A stretch of DNA of 64,000 bases from Mantamonas sphyraenae STR306 (Eukaryota; Protista; CRuMs): contig JAPMXV010000021.1 in assembly GCA_026936335.1 (NCBI GenBank), forward strand, positions 186,512-250,511, read 5' to 3'. This document shows positions 46,515 through 57,245 of this stretch, in pieces. The notes beneath the pieces were generated by a model. The model did no database searches. It saw nothing but the letters and a program-made list of their open reading frames with translations, and was not told where the DNA came from. The position numbers and the translations under genes were made by a program. The stretch's first letter is position 1; each line of letters starts with the position of its first letter.

Positions 46515-47645
46515 ATGCGCGGGCGTGAGGCGATCGTGCGCACCCACAGGGCGCTGAGCACACAGGTGGGCCAGCTGCTGAGAGCAGAGATGCTGACTGT
46601 GGACGATTGGGTGGTTCAACATGGCAGGCGCCAGGGATGGGCCCCGGGGCGGGAGGTACGTTTAGGCGTCGCCGTTTCTGGAGGCGTAGACAGCATGGCG
46701 CTGGCCAGCGCCGTGGCCTCGTGGAGCAAAGATGTGTATGCAGAGGACGGGAGCAGGGTGTGTGTCCGTTACGCCACGGTGGACCACGGTCTGCGTGGCG
46801 AAACGAGCCGTGGCGAAGCCGCTGCGGTGCATGCCTGGATGCTTGGGCAGGATCTGGAACACAGCGTGGTCGATGTGGACACACAGCATCTGCAGCATCT
46901 GCCAAAACAACGTGTGCAGGCGGCTGCTCGGCGCATGCGGTACGAAGCGCTGCACAAAGCGCTGGGTCCACTGGACGCGCTGCTGACGGCGCACCATGTG
47001 GACGACGACTTGGAGACGGTGATTATGCGCATGCTGCGCCGTTCAGGGCCATTGGGACTGGCAGGGATTTCCGAACGCAGCCGAGTGCATGGTTGCGTGC
47101 TGCTTCGACCGCTGCTTGCAGCCGGGCTGGACAAGAAGGCATGTGTGGCCATGGCCCAGCATTCACGGTGGCCATGGATGGAGGACGAAAGCAACCATTC
47201 GAGGATATACCTGCGCAATCGGCTGCGGCAGGACATGCGGTCCGAGTTGAGTCGCGCCGAGTTGGACGAGTGGCGTGGAGTTGTTTGGCGGATGAAGCGG
47301 TATCGCAGGGTCGTGCACGAGCGATTGCTGGTGTTTCTGCAGGAACATGGCGAGAGTGTGGAGAGTGCGGACTCGGTGAGGAATGTGCGTGTGGCGCTGA
47401 AGCCTTGGCTTGCGCTGGAGGCAGATTTGGGAAGGCATCTGCTGTCGCTGCTTGTGCAGAGTGTGGGCAAGCGTGGTGCAGCGCCTCGTACGCGCGGTGT
47501 GGAACATGTGTGGCGTTTGATGAAAGAGACAAGCGCAGGACGTGGACGGGGCGTCAAGACGATGGAACTGGGTGGCGTGCAAGTGTGCGCTCGGGGCAAA
47601 CAGGACAGCGTGTTATTGACTGCCTGCATTGAGGATCAAATGTAG
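46515..47645 (+). CDS. tilS: tRNA(Ile)-lysidine synthase TilS (organellar)
   Basis: VAVSGGVDSMAL, TVDHGLR, AARRMRY, TAHHVDDDLET, LLRPLL, EDESN, RNRLR. Alternative start at 46590. Confidence 0.9.
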   Translation: MRGREAIVRTHRALSTQVGQLLRAEMLTVDDWVVQHGRRQGWAPGREVRLGVAVSGGVDSMALASAVASWSKDVYAEDGSRVCVRYATVDHGLRGETSRGEAAAVHAWMLGQDLEHSVVDVDTQHLQHLPKQRVQAAARRMRYEALHKALGPLDALLTAHHVDDDLETVIMRMLRRSGPLGLAGISERSRVHGCVLLRPLLAAGLDKKACVAMAQHSRWPWMEDESNHSRIYLRNRLRQDMRSELSRAELDEWRGVVWRMKRYRRVVHERLLVFLQEHGESVESADSVRNVRVALKPWLALEADLGRHLLSLLVQSVGKRGAAPRTRGVEHVWRLMKETSAGRGRGVKTMELGGVQVCARGKQDSVLLTACIEDQM

Positions 47646-49240
47646 CGCTGTGCGTGCACGAGCATGCACTTTTCGACCACCCACAGGTCTTTCTGGCTGT
47701 CGTGGCGGAAGTACCAGAGATAGTCCTGCTTCTGGACCTCGTCCTCAGCCATCTGGTAGATGGGATTGCCCTCCTTGTCGCGCAGGTCGACAGTGCGCTG
47801 CACAGAAAACTTGATAATAAAGGTAGGGCGGCCCTTGGTGAACATGCTGCTGACGTATTCGACGTCGCCAATCTCGAGGATGCGGCTGCGGTTTTCAAAC
47901 TCGGCTGTGGAGACGTACATCTCGTTGAGGCTCCTGTATGCCTCCTCAGACAGCATGTACTTGAGGTTTTCGGCGCCTCCCTTGACGGTGGTCTCGACGA
48001 GAGGCATGAGCAGCGGCGAGACGTCGCTGAGGAGCTTGTCCTCGGAAAAGTCGGGCATGCGCTCCTTCATGGCGGCCAGGGCCATGGCCTGTTCGGTTTC
48101 TGGGAACATACGCTCGTTGAGCTCGTCCACCTTGTCCTGTACGGTGTAGAAGAGGCCACGGCCTGCGGACACGACGGGGTTCTCGCTCTTCTTCAGCGAC
48201 TCCATGGCCCCTTGGATGGTCTTTGCGGTGCGTGTCTGGCCCACATCCTCCTTGAACGCTTCCCAGCGCTTCTCCCAGCCGGTCTTTTCGCGATAGGCCA
48301 CTGCGCCAGGTCCCTGGTAGGCGTCTGTAGGGTTGTCGCCCGCAGCCTCGGCGGCCTCTTTCTCGCGCTTTGCCTTCTCTTCCGGGTTGGGCGGCAGCTC
48401 GCCTGCGCCAATACCCGGGCGGATGGTGCGCGTGTCGCCAAACATGTCGGTGATGGTGTCTGTGATGCCGCCAAAGAAGCTGCGCGCGGTCTCGTTCTGC
48501 TCGACTCGCTCCGAGGCACTCTTGAGGCGCTCACCGGCCGCTTCGCTGGCCTTTTGGAAGCCTTTGTAGGCAGTTGTGTTTTTGATGTTTTCGGACGCGC
48601 GCTGGCGGGTCTGGTCGAGGACACGGCGTGCTTCGCGGCGGCGCTCGTCGAGTTTGGTCTCTTCAAGGAAGCGCTCCTTCATCTGTTCGGACACGCCCTT
48701 GATATTGTTGACCGACTCCTCGAGTCGTTGCCTGGCCTGCTCCATGGCCTGTTTGCTCTGTTCCATGGCCTCCTTGCCCTTTTCCTTGGCGTCTGCAGCG
48801 TCGACGGCAGTGGAGGCCTTTTCAAACTGCTCGCGCGCCTGCTTGTACTCCTCTGTCTTTTCCAGCTTTTCCAGCTCCTTTTTGAACTGCTCGTCTTGCT
48901 TGAGCTTGTCCATGAGGTCGGAGAGAATGCCCATGTGACGGCAGAGGACGCCGGCGGGTTGTTGCTCGGCGGGCAGCAGGGCGTCGCTCAGCGGACCATG
49001 CTGTGGTCTGCCAGACGCATGCAAGGAAGTGCTGGACGAAGCAAGGTGCGTATGGGTGTGAACAGAGGCGGCTACGTGTGTGCACACGGCCGAATGTGAA
49101 GTTGAGGCGGTGGTGGAAATCCGGCGGAAATGCAAGCCTAGGGTGCCCGCTGACGTGGCCACGGGGCTTTTATGTGACACCACCTGGTGTGCAACACGCG
49201 CACCACTCTTGCCGCGCCTAAGGTTTTGACGGAGAAGCAT
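47636..49240 (-). CDS. TIM44: Mitochondrial import inner membrane translocase subunit Tim44
   Basis: Arg/Ser-rich presequence, coiled coil, WEAFKE...SENPVV, MFPETEQAMAL..MKERMPDFS, and C-terminal Tim44 domain (SRILEI, PTFIIKF..Q). Confidence 0.85.
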   Translation of the reverse strand: MLLRQNLRRGKSGARVAHQVVSHKSPVATSAGTLGLHFRRISTTASTSHSAVCTHVAASVHTHTHLASSSTSLHASGRPQHGPLSDALLPAEQQPAGVLCRHMGILSDLMDKLKQDEQFKKELEKLEKTEEYKQAREQFEKASTAVDAADAKEKGKEAMEQSKQAMEQARQRLEESVNNIKGVSEQMKERFLEETKLDERRREARRVLDQTRQRASENIKNTTAYKGFQKASEAAGERLKSASERVEQNETARSFFGGITDTITDMFGDTRTIRPGIGAGELPPNPEEKAKREKEAAEAAGDNPTDAYQGPGAVAYREKTGWEKRWEAFKEDVGQTRTAKTIQGAMESLKKSENPVVSAGRGLFYTVQDKVDELNERMFPETEQAMALAAMKERMPDFSEDKLLSDVSPLLMPLVETTVKGGAENLKYMLSEEAYRSLNEMYVSTAEFENRSRILEIGDVEYVSSMFTKGRPTFIIKFSVQRTVDLRDKEGNPIYQMAEDEVQKQDYLWYFRHDSQKDLWVVEKCMLVHAQRYI

Positions 49241-49287
49241 GTGCACGAGATGGGATGGGTGGGGGAGGGCGGAGGTCGCTGCAGTGA

Positions 49288-49783
49288 CTAGGATGATGTG
49301 CTGGCCAGGCAAACTGCAACACCAGACACGACGCATGCGCAGCCGAAAAGGGACACTGGGTGTGTGTGTGTGGGGGGAGGGTGTTAAAGCGTAGGCGGGT
49401 TAGGGCTTGGGCTGGCGTGCTTTGGAGGACGGTGGGGTGGTGGGGTACTTACACCAGCTCATGTGTTTCTGCTCGCCAATGAGGAAGCTTGTGAGAAGGG
49501 TGAACATGAAGGTAAGGGTGTTTGCGACGGGTGTGGCGACGCTGAGGTCTGTGTTGCCGAGAGTCCAGTAGTAGAGGAACGAGCCGCTCATGTTGATGAC
49601 AAAGGGCAGAACGTAGCGCCAGTTGAGGAGAAGGTAGCGCATCTCTGCGGCAAATTGGGCCACAGGGCCACCTTGGACGTGAACGCGTTCCATGCCCGCG
49701 CTGCCCTGCTTCATGAACGGGTTTGTGCAACCCCAGAGGATGCCCACGCCGAGGAGGCCGAGAAGTTCGGTGGTTTGGAGCAT
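49288..49783 (-). CDS. TMEM234: Transmembrane protein 234
   Basis: VGILWGCTNPFMK, LLNWRYVLPFVINMSGSFLYYWTLG, LSVATPVANTLTFMFT; exon 2 LSLFGCACVVSGVAVCL. Confidence 0.9.
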
Positions 49784-49925
49784 GGGTAGTCGCAAGGGGA
49801 GAGGAGGTGGGAGTTGGAGCGGCACGCGCGCGGTGTTCGAGGCGGCGGTGGGATGGGGTTGGGTTGGACAGTGGGGAGGGGAGGGGAAGAGAACAGCCAC
49901 GGGAAGCGGCATGTGAGGCAACACG

Positions 49926-52900
49926 ATGTTGCAGCATGCAGACGAGAGCGACAGCGACAGCGACGAGGGCTTCGCATACGATGGGCAGGTGGAAGTGAGG
50001 GCACTGGAGGCTGAGCCAAAGAGCGGACTGGTGGGAAGGAGGCCGGCGCCGCGGTTGGCACGGCATGATGCGGCACGAGACACCGTGGGGGTTGGGCTGG
50101 AGTCGGAGGGGTCCGGTGACACAGATCCTGGGGCAGGAGTGGAAAGGGAGTCGCATACGCTGCGCAGGGAGCAGAAACAAGAGGCGCTGCGGCCTGTGGA
50201 ACGTGCCGCGGGTGCGTCAAGGAGGAGAGAAGAGGTGCGTTCAGGGAGATTCAGTCCGACGCGGACGCGGCTTCAGGGGACGGCGGCGAGGCTGAGGCGA
50301 GGCGCAGGCGTGGGAAACAGCAATGGCAGCGAGAGTGTGGGGAGCGGGTCGACTCGTGGTAGTCCGACTGGGATTGCGGGGCGTTCACGGCCGCCGATGT
50401 CGCCTGGCGCCCATCAGCTGAAGCAAACGAGGAGCAGCGGAGCGAGCCGAGGCCACTCGCGGAACCCGTCGATGACAAACATCGACAACCTGGAACTGGA
50501 CATGGCAGATGAGATTGCGGAGGAACGCAAGTACGTGGTGATCAAGATGGGCCACGTGCCAAAGGAAGCTGTGACCGAGTGGTTCCAACGGGAAAAGTCT
50601 GTGGACGAACACAAGGCGGAGGCAGGCGCACGGGAGGAGCTTTCACAGATGTTGGAGGAGGAACAAGACGAGGAAGAAGAGCGCATCGATCCGTCATTCG
50701 AGAAGAAGCTGCCAAAGATCCTTCAGGCCAGTGCGGGCGACGAGCACAACCGCGAGTATGCGCTGTTCACTTGTGAGTTGGATAGATAGGTGGGAGGGGG
50801 ACGTGTGCGCATGGGTATCTGACACGCTGAGCACACAGTCCGTGCGTTTCAAAAGTCAAAGCACGAGATTATCAAGTCGTTCTACGTGGAGCTGATCGTA
50901 CATCTGCTGCTGTGCACGCTGCTGATCTACAGCATGAACGTGACGGATTCACAGTCGGTGTACAACCAGAACAGCCTGATTGCAGACATCTTCTTGGAGG
51001 AGGAGTTTAACTTTGCGGACGCGCAGATCAAGAAAAACTTCTTTAGCATCGCGGAGCTGGAGGAGTTTTGGCAATGGATTCAAGGGCCGTTTCTGAAGGG
51101 CGTGTACCAGTCTGCGTACTACAACGGAGATGCGCTGCCTCGGGAACGGGCAAACATCCTGCGCAACCACTTGTTTTTGACGAACCAGGTGCGCATCCGT
51201 CAGATCCGTACAAAGCCGGTCCTTTGCACAGGAAAGTTTCTGCCAGAGGTTGTGGACGGGTTCAACGGGCAGAGAGACGCACGCGGGAAACCGCAGACGC
51301 CGTTTGAGTGTTACGTGCCAGCAAATTCGACGCACTTTGAGTGCATGGAGGCGTTTCGGGGCAAGTATACGTGCAACAACTCGCTGGCCAACATCAACGG
51401 AGGCCCAGAGAACTACGGGCACTACTATGGAACAAGCGGCTACGTGGTGGACCTGCCGCGGCGCAACGAGACGCTGGGGCGCAGCATGGTGGCAACACTG
51501 ATCAAGGACCGGTTTCTGGACGAGTGGACATCAGCCATTGTGATTGAGGTGAACCTGGTGAACCCGTCGACAGAACTTGTGTCGACGCTGCAGATGCTGG
51601 TGGAGGTGACGGCGGCAGGGCAGCTTCTGCCTTCGTACAGACTGTACACGAATGAGCCACCGATCAGCTCACAGCTGGGCCAGTTTCGGTATGTCATCGA
51701 GCTGGCGCTGGCGGGGCTGGTGGGCCTGTACATCATGCTGGAGGTGTTCCAGATGAACCGCAGCGGGTGGCCAGCGTATGTGTCGGACGCCGGGAAATGG
51801 ATCTACCTGGACTTTGCGCTTATTGTGCTGCTGCTGAGTACGGTGGCGATGCGCGTGTACATCCTGTGGACGGTGACGGCAGACCAGTACCATGACTTTG
51901 GCAGTGCGTCGTACCGTGATCTGTACGTGATCAACGAACTGGTGTCGCTGAACAACGGGTTGGCAGGGCTGTGCATCATGCTTGCGCTGCTGAAGACGTT
52001 TCAGTATGTGCGTGGAGCGCGGCGGATGTATTTGATTTGGGAGACGCTTGCCGGAGCTGTGCCGGACCTGATCTCGTTTGGGATTGTGTTTGGCGTGGTG
52101 ATTTCTGGGTTTGCGCTGTGGGGCCAAGTGCTGTTTGGCGGGTACAGCCGTGACTTTCAGACGTTCTCGTCGGCGTTTTCTGCATGCCTACGTATCATGA
52201 TTGGGGAGGTGCCGTACAGGCCGCTGGCAAACGTGCAGCGGATCTACGCGCCGCTGTTCTTTTCGCTGTACATGGCAACGGTGTACCTGATCATGATCAA
52301 CGTGTTCATTGCGATCATTACGAACAAGTACGAGACGGAATCGGACGAGTACGAGATGTACCGCAACAGCGCGCTGGAAAAGCTGGGGTCGTTCGACCTG
52401 CTGGACAACTACGAGTACATTGTGCGGTACCACACGACGTTGTGGGTGAACCACATTGTGATGTTGACTGAGGAGCCGACTCGGTGGCACGCGGTGCCGA
52501 GAGACTTTACGATGATGTCTCTGCCGGCAGGGGCCGAGGTGTACTTGCGCCACTTTCGCTGGCCGCTTTCGCAGACGGTGGAAAGAAGCGATTTTCAACC
52601 ACGCACGTACGTGAGCGTGAATCGAGACGATTTTGACTCGTTTGTGATGCGGGGCTACTTCATTCGGCTTGGCACGAGCACGCTGTTGGTGGAATACCGG
52701 CGGAAATCGAAGCGTGTGCGGTATGTGAAGTGCACGGTGATGCTTGAGGGCGTTGTGAGGATGGGTGACGAGCTGTCGCTGTACAGCGCAAAGAACACGT
52801 CGCGAGCGCACGTGGAGGGCCTGCTGGAGAAGATCACGGCGGGAGACAGGTTTGCACAAGGGGCGTACGCGACGCTGCGGGGTGAGCTGGAGGAACGGAG

Positions 52901-54059
52901 CAACTTTCTGCAGAGCTGGAAAATCTACTGCCAGCAACCGAAGCTGGTGAAGAACGAGTTTCGCAAGCCGACCAAGTCGCAAGTGTTCTTCCGCGGGCTG
53001 GCGTTTCCGGTGGACATCTTTCTGCATCCGCCAGATCGACTCAAGATCAGCGAGCAGAGTGTGCACGACGTGATGGTTGTGGAGAGCCAGAAGCGTGCGC
53101 GGAAGCAGATCCACAAGCTTATCAAGCATGCGTCGACGTTTGGGATCAACTTTCACCGGAACGACCTGGTGATGTTCTTTGAGGATCTGCTGATGCAGGG
53201 AGTGTTGATGGTGCGCACCGTGCCGACGCTGAAGCGGTACCTGCAGGCCTGGCTGGACAAGAACAGCTCGCGGCGGCTGCACATCCAACCGACGAGCTGG
53301 CGGCTGTTGGTGTCGATTAGCAAGGCACTGTACAGGTACTTTTGCCTGGAGGAGGAGGAGGAGATTGTGCTCGGGGACAACGAGGAAGAGGACGCGTTGC
53401 TGAAGAAGCGGATGCGTGCGGAAGCGGACGTGGTGGAACAGAAAGGATGCTGTCGGGAGGAGGTGCGAAGACATCGGGAGGAGGGAGACGAGGAGTACGA
53501 ACTGGCGCTGCGACGAAAGGAGAGCCGAGCGGAAGAGATGAAGAAGCTGCAATTGGAGGAGCAGCGGCAGGAGCACATGCTGGACGAGCACGACGGGATC
53601 CCGACGGAGTCGGCGCCGTCAGAGACGCTGCGGATGGCGAACAAGGGGGTAGGGACGTTTGGGCTGGACACGATGAGTTTCAGCGACGTGGTGAAGCGAC
53701 AGCGGGACCGGTGGTGCCTCAAGATGGCAGAGAACCTAATGGTGTATCTGGGGTCGCCAAACTACCCGGGGTCGATTGACCACGTGCTGTCACTGTACGG
53801 TGTGACGGAGAAGGAGATCCACTCGCTGAAGGGCCAAAAGAAGAAGAAGCTGGGAGAGCACATGATGATCCATGAACTGCAGGACCAGGTGAAACAGCTG
53901 AGCACACGCGTGGAAGAGCTGCAGGAGCAGCTTGGAGGCGTGCGCGTTGGCGGAGCATCGACGGGAGGGTCGTTTCGGCAATCGAGCGTTCGTTCGCGGG
54001 GAGGAACCGGGTTGTTGAGCAGGCATGGGAGCACAGCAACCGATGGGGCAGAGGGGTGA
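49926..54059 (+). CDS. Polycystin-2 (TRPP/PKD2)-family cation channel with long C-terminal tail
   Basis: F.SI...EEFWQWIQGPF, VRIRQIR, YGTSGYVVDL, FLDEWTSAIVIE, six TMs, FG....FQTF, YLIMINVFIAII; intron ~50773-50838. Confidence 0.9.
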
Positions 54060-54082
54060 TGTGGGACAATAGATTACGTGGT

Positions 54083-54399
54083 TTATGCGTGTTTTGAGGT
54101 GTTGTGGGCAGATGTGTGGAGCTGGTGGACCTGAGGGAGGCGCAGGATTGGGCGGGAAGCGGGAAAGCGCGAGGTGTGAGGTGTGTGAGGGAGGAGAGCA
54201 GATGGATGGTGGGTGCAGACAAGCGCTGTGTGGAAGTACACACCTGGAGACGGTCCTTGAGAGCCTGCACGCTTTCCTGGTGCAGGAGCATGCGTTCGAG
54301 CTGGTCGTTCATGTTGGCGAGGTTTTGAGTGACGCCACGAGTGACATTCGTGAGAGCAGAGAGGCTCTGGAGGGTGTCATTGGAGAGTTGAACAGACAT
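54083..54399 (-). CDS. Small (~67 aa) coiled-coil protein, possibly a DASH/Dam1 small subunit (Hsk3/Dad4-like)
   Basis: Exon 1 MSVQLSND...LKDRLQ|GTGTGT is spliced at CTCAG to VHQLHTSAHNTSKHA*. The family assignment rests on pattern resemblance only. Confidence 0.45.
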
Positions 54400-54569
54400 G
54401 GACGGGGCGGGCTAAGGTGGCGGAGGAACGGGGATTGTGTGGGCTGGCCGGCGATGCGCTGGAGCAGGCAAGTCACCGCGAACCACGCGTTTTTTTGGAA
54501 AGCCCAGGCGGATTTTCTATTGGCGACAGTGTGGGGCGTGCAAGCGGAATAGAGAAGCAAAGACACAAT

Positions 54570-56449
54570 ATGCCGTTTACAATGGACACACATTTCAACA
54601 TGCGAAGGCAGCGAGCGCTGTCGAACGCATCGACAGGGTCGCACGGGCAGCTGGCCGAATTTGGGTCGCTGCAGGAATGCCTGCTAGCGATCTGGGAAGA
54701 GGTGGTGGAGGTAGGTGGGAAGTGGAGAGGGGGCGGGGGTGTGTTTGAAAGGAAGTGGGTGTGTGTGTAGAGGGCGCAGGAGGGCAGCTTGGGAGTGCGG
54801 GGAGTTGTTTTTTCTATGTTCTGGAAAGTTGTGGAGTTGCGCACCAACGCGAGATGTCCGGAAGCACTGACACGAAAACGGGCGGACGGACGGTTAACGG
54901 ACGCGGATGCGGGATGGCGGACAGTACCCATCGTCAGCATACTTCCTGAACAAGGTGCCCGACTACTTTCTGGACTTTCAGCCGTACGTGGACCTGAACA
55001 CAGTGAAGCGCAACATCCTTCGAGGATACTTTGAAGATGCGACGTCGTTTCTGCAGCAAATGGCAGTGATGATCAACAACATGCGGCGTGCATCGGAGCA
55101 CGACCCGACAGTGCGGGCAGCGTCGTTGGAGTTCCAATTGTAAGTGGTGGGCACCTGCAAAAGAGGGCAGGAGCCGTGGTCCGCGGACAGCTCACACAAA
55201 GCGTTTTTTGTGCAGGGGCTTGAACGTCGTGTTGCAACGGTACAACCTTCCGTCAGCGTCCATGTTCAATTCCATGGTGGAGAACACGTTTGGAGGCGAT
55301 GGGATGAGCCTAGGAGGGTCGCGAGGCAGCAAGAAGCGAACGCTGAGCCACAGCGGAGAGGCTCCAAAGTAGGTTTTTTTTTTCTGGCGGATTTTCTTCC
55401 AGGGACGTGTGGCACTGCAGAGAGAGGGCGAAACGAACGCACGTGGCGCAGAGGAGGGCTAACACGTGTATTGTGTGCGTGCGTGTGTGTGTTTCTGCAT
55501 GTGCATGTGTAGGAGGAAGAATAGGCGGGTTGGAAGTTTGGGTGGCGCGGGCTCCTCGCGGTTGGGGGGAGGCGCTCACGGGTCGTCATCGTCATCGTCG
55601 CTGTCGTCATCCAGTGCATATGGACAGTACGGATACGGGATGGAGAGTGGAATGGGCTCTGGAGGTCTGTTTGCAGCGCCACAGCCGCGGTACGCGTTGG
55701 GATCGTCGAGAGGGTCTTCTACTGGAAGTTCGTCGTCGTCGCAGCACGAAGTGCTTGTGAGTGGAGAGATGGCACGGCTACACGAGCTGAAGCGACGTGT
55801 GCAGGGTGGCGGTGGAGGGATGGTGGTGGAAGTGGATGGCGAGGAGGAGTTGCTGGCGTTCCACTCGTTGCCGTTGGAGTCGTTGCCATTTACGGTCGAG
55901 TTTGGAAGCTGGGCAGCCGGGGAGCTGGAGCTGTCGATGGACGAGTCGGACTCGTCGGACAGCGCGTCGCCGCTGGAGGCACTGACGGCAGAGATTGAAG
56001 GGTCGCCGCGGAAACTGAGTGGACGAGAGCGAGAGGAGCTGCGGGTGAGGAAAGCGGCGGAAGATCGAGCGCGAGCGGTGAGGCGGCAGCGTCGAAACAT
56101 GAAGCTGAACCGGGATCTGAGCATGATACCTGAGGAGCGAATTGTGGACCTGCTTGCCATTCTGAAGGAGTGTACGCGTAGCAAGCATTCGACGGGAGGG
56201 GAACTGCTGTTTGATCTGAACGAGCTGGACGAGCGCAGTCTGCGCAAGCTGCGACAGCTGGTTCGCGCGGTGAAGCAAGAGGTGCTTGCTGACCGCATGC
56301 AGCAAGAGGAGATGCGAACGACGGCGAGGATACAGAGTGCAGCGGTGGCGTTGCAGCAACAGGCAGATCGGCAGATGTTTGCCAACGAGCATGTGTCGTT
56401 GCAGGTGAAAGAAGGAGGGGATGAGGATGAGGAAGTGGATGTGGATTGA
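54570..56449 (+). CDS. Degenerate bromodomain plus extra-terminal (ET/NET) domain protein (3 introns)
   Basis: LLAIWEEVVE|YPSSAYFLNKVPDYFLDFQPYVDLNTVKRNI..GYF....F...M..M..N; ET-like KLNRDLSMIPEERIVDLLAIL...ELLFDLNELDERSLRKL. Confidence 0.7.
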
Positions 56450-56475
56450 TTGATTGAGGGTGAGGATGAGGATGA

Positions 56476-57210
56476 ATGAAGGGAGCGCTCTGGCGGATGC
56501 AACAAGTCGTGGGAATGTCGTCGAGGAGGCCAAACACGTCAAGGTCGGTGATGTCGACGTCATCGACGTCGTCGACATCGTCAAAGCTGTCGCAGTCGAC
56601 ACAGTCGTTGTTGGAGTCGATGCTGGCAGACACGTCGAACCTGAGCCACAAGCAGAAAAAGGCGCTGCTGACGAGCGCCAAAAACGGCTCGCTTCCGGCG
56701 TCGGCAAAGGGCAGCAGCAGCAAGGAGGTGAAGGAGGTGAGGACAAAGCCGAAAAAGACGAGACCACGTGTGACGGGCCGCAGCAGGCGAACAAAGGAGC
56801 AGATTGTGTCGTCGGGGGCGTACGAGATGGAAGTTGCAAAGCCGAGCAAAGGGGTGGACAGGGACAAGGAGCGGGCGCAGTTGGCGCGCGTCATGGAACA
56901 CGGAAGCAAGGAGGCGCTGGAGGAACACGAGGCAGAGGTGAAGGAGCGGCGCGCGCGCCTGGCAAAGCTGAAGGAGAACCGGCCGCAACAGAGAAAGACA
57001 AGGCTGCAGGCGCGGTTTGACGAGCTTGCGGCGGACGTGGACGACGCCAAGGCATTCTTGGATTCCATGTATGAGCTGGGCGAGGGCAAGAAGCATGAAA
57101 AGGTGGTGCGTGCGCAGATTTCGGAGCGGGTCAAGGAGATGGAGGAGATTGACGCCAAGCTGCAGGCGATGGAGAAAGAGGAGAAAGAGGGGAGAGAGGA
57201 GGAGGGGTAG
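56476..57210 (+). CDS. UPF0193 protein EVG1-like (C22orf23)
   Basis: SGAYE...DKERAQLARVM..G and RFDEL..DVDDAKAFLDSMYELGEGKKH...VRAQISERVKEMEEID. Start uncertain. Confidence 0.75.
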   Translation: MKGALWRMQQVVGMSSRRPNTSRSVMSTSSTSSTSSKLSQSTQSLLESMLADTSNLSHKQKKALLTSAKNGSLPASAKGSSSKEVKEVRTKPKKTRPRVTGRSRRTKEQIVSSGAYEMEVAKPSKGVDRDKERAQLARVMEHGSKEALEEHEAEVKERRARLAKLKENRPQQRKTRLQARFDELAADVDDAKAFLDSMYELGEGKKHEKVVRAQISERVKEMEEIDAKLQAMEKEEKEGREEEG

Positions 57211-57245
57211 GAGGGGTAGAAGGTGTAACATACATTGGTTGGGTT

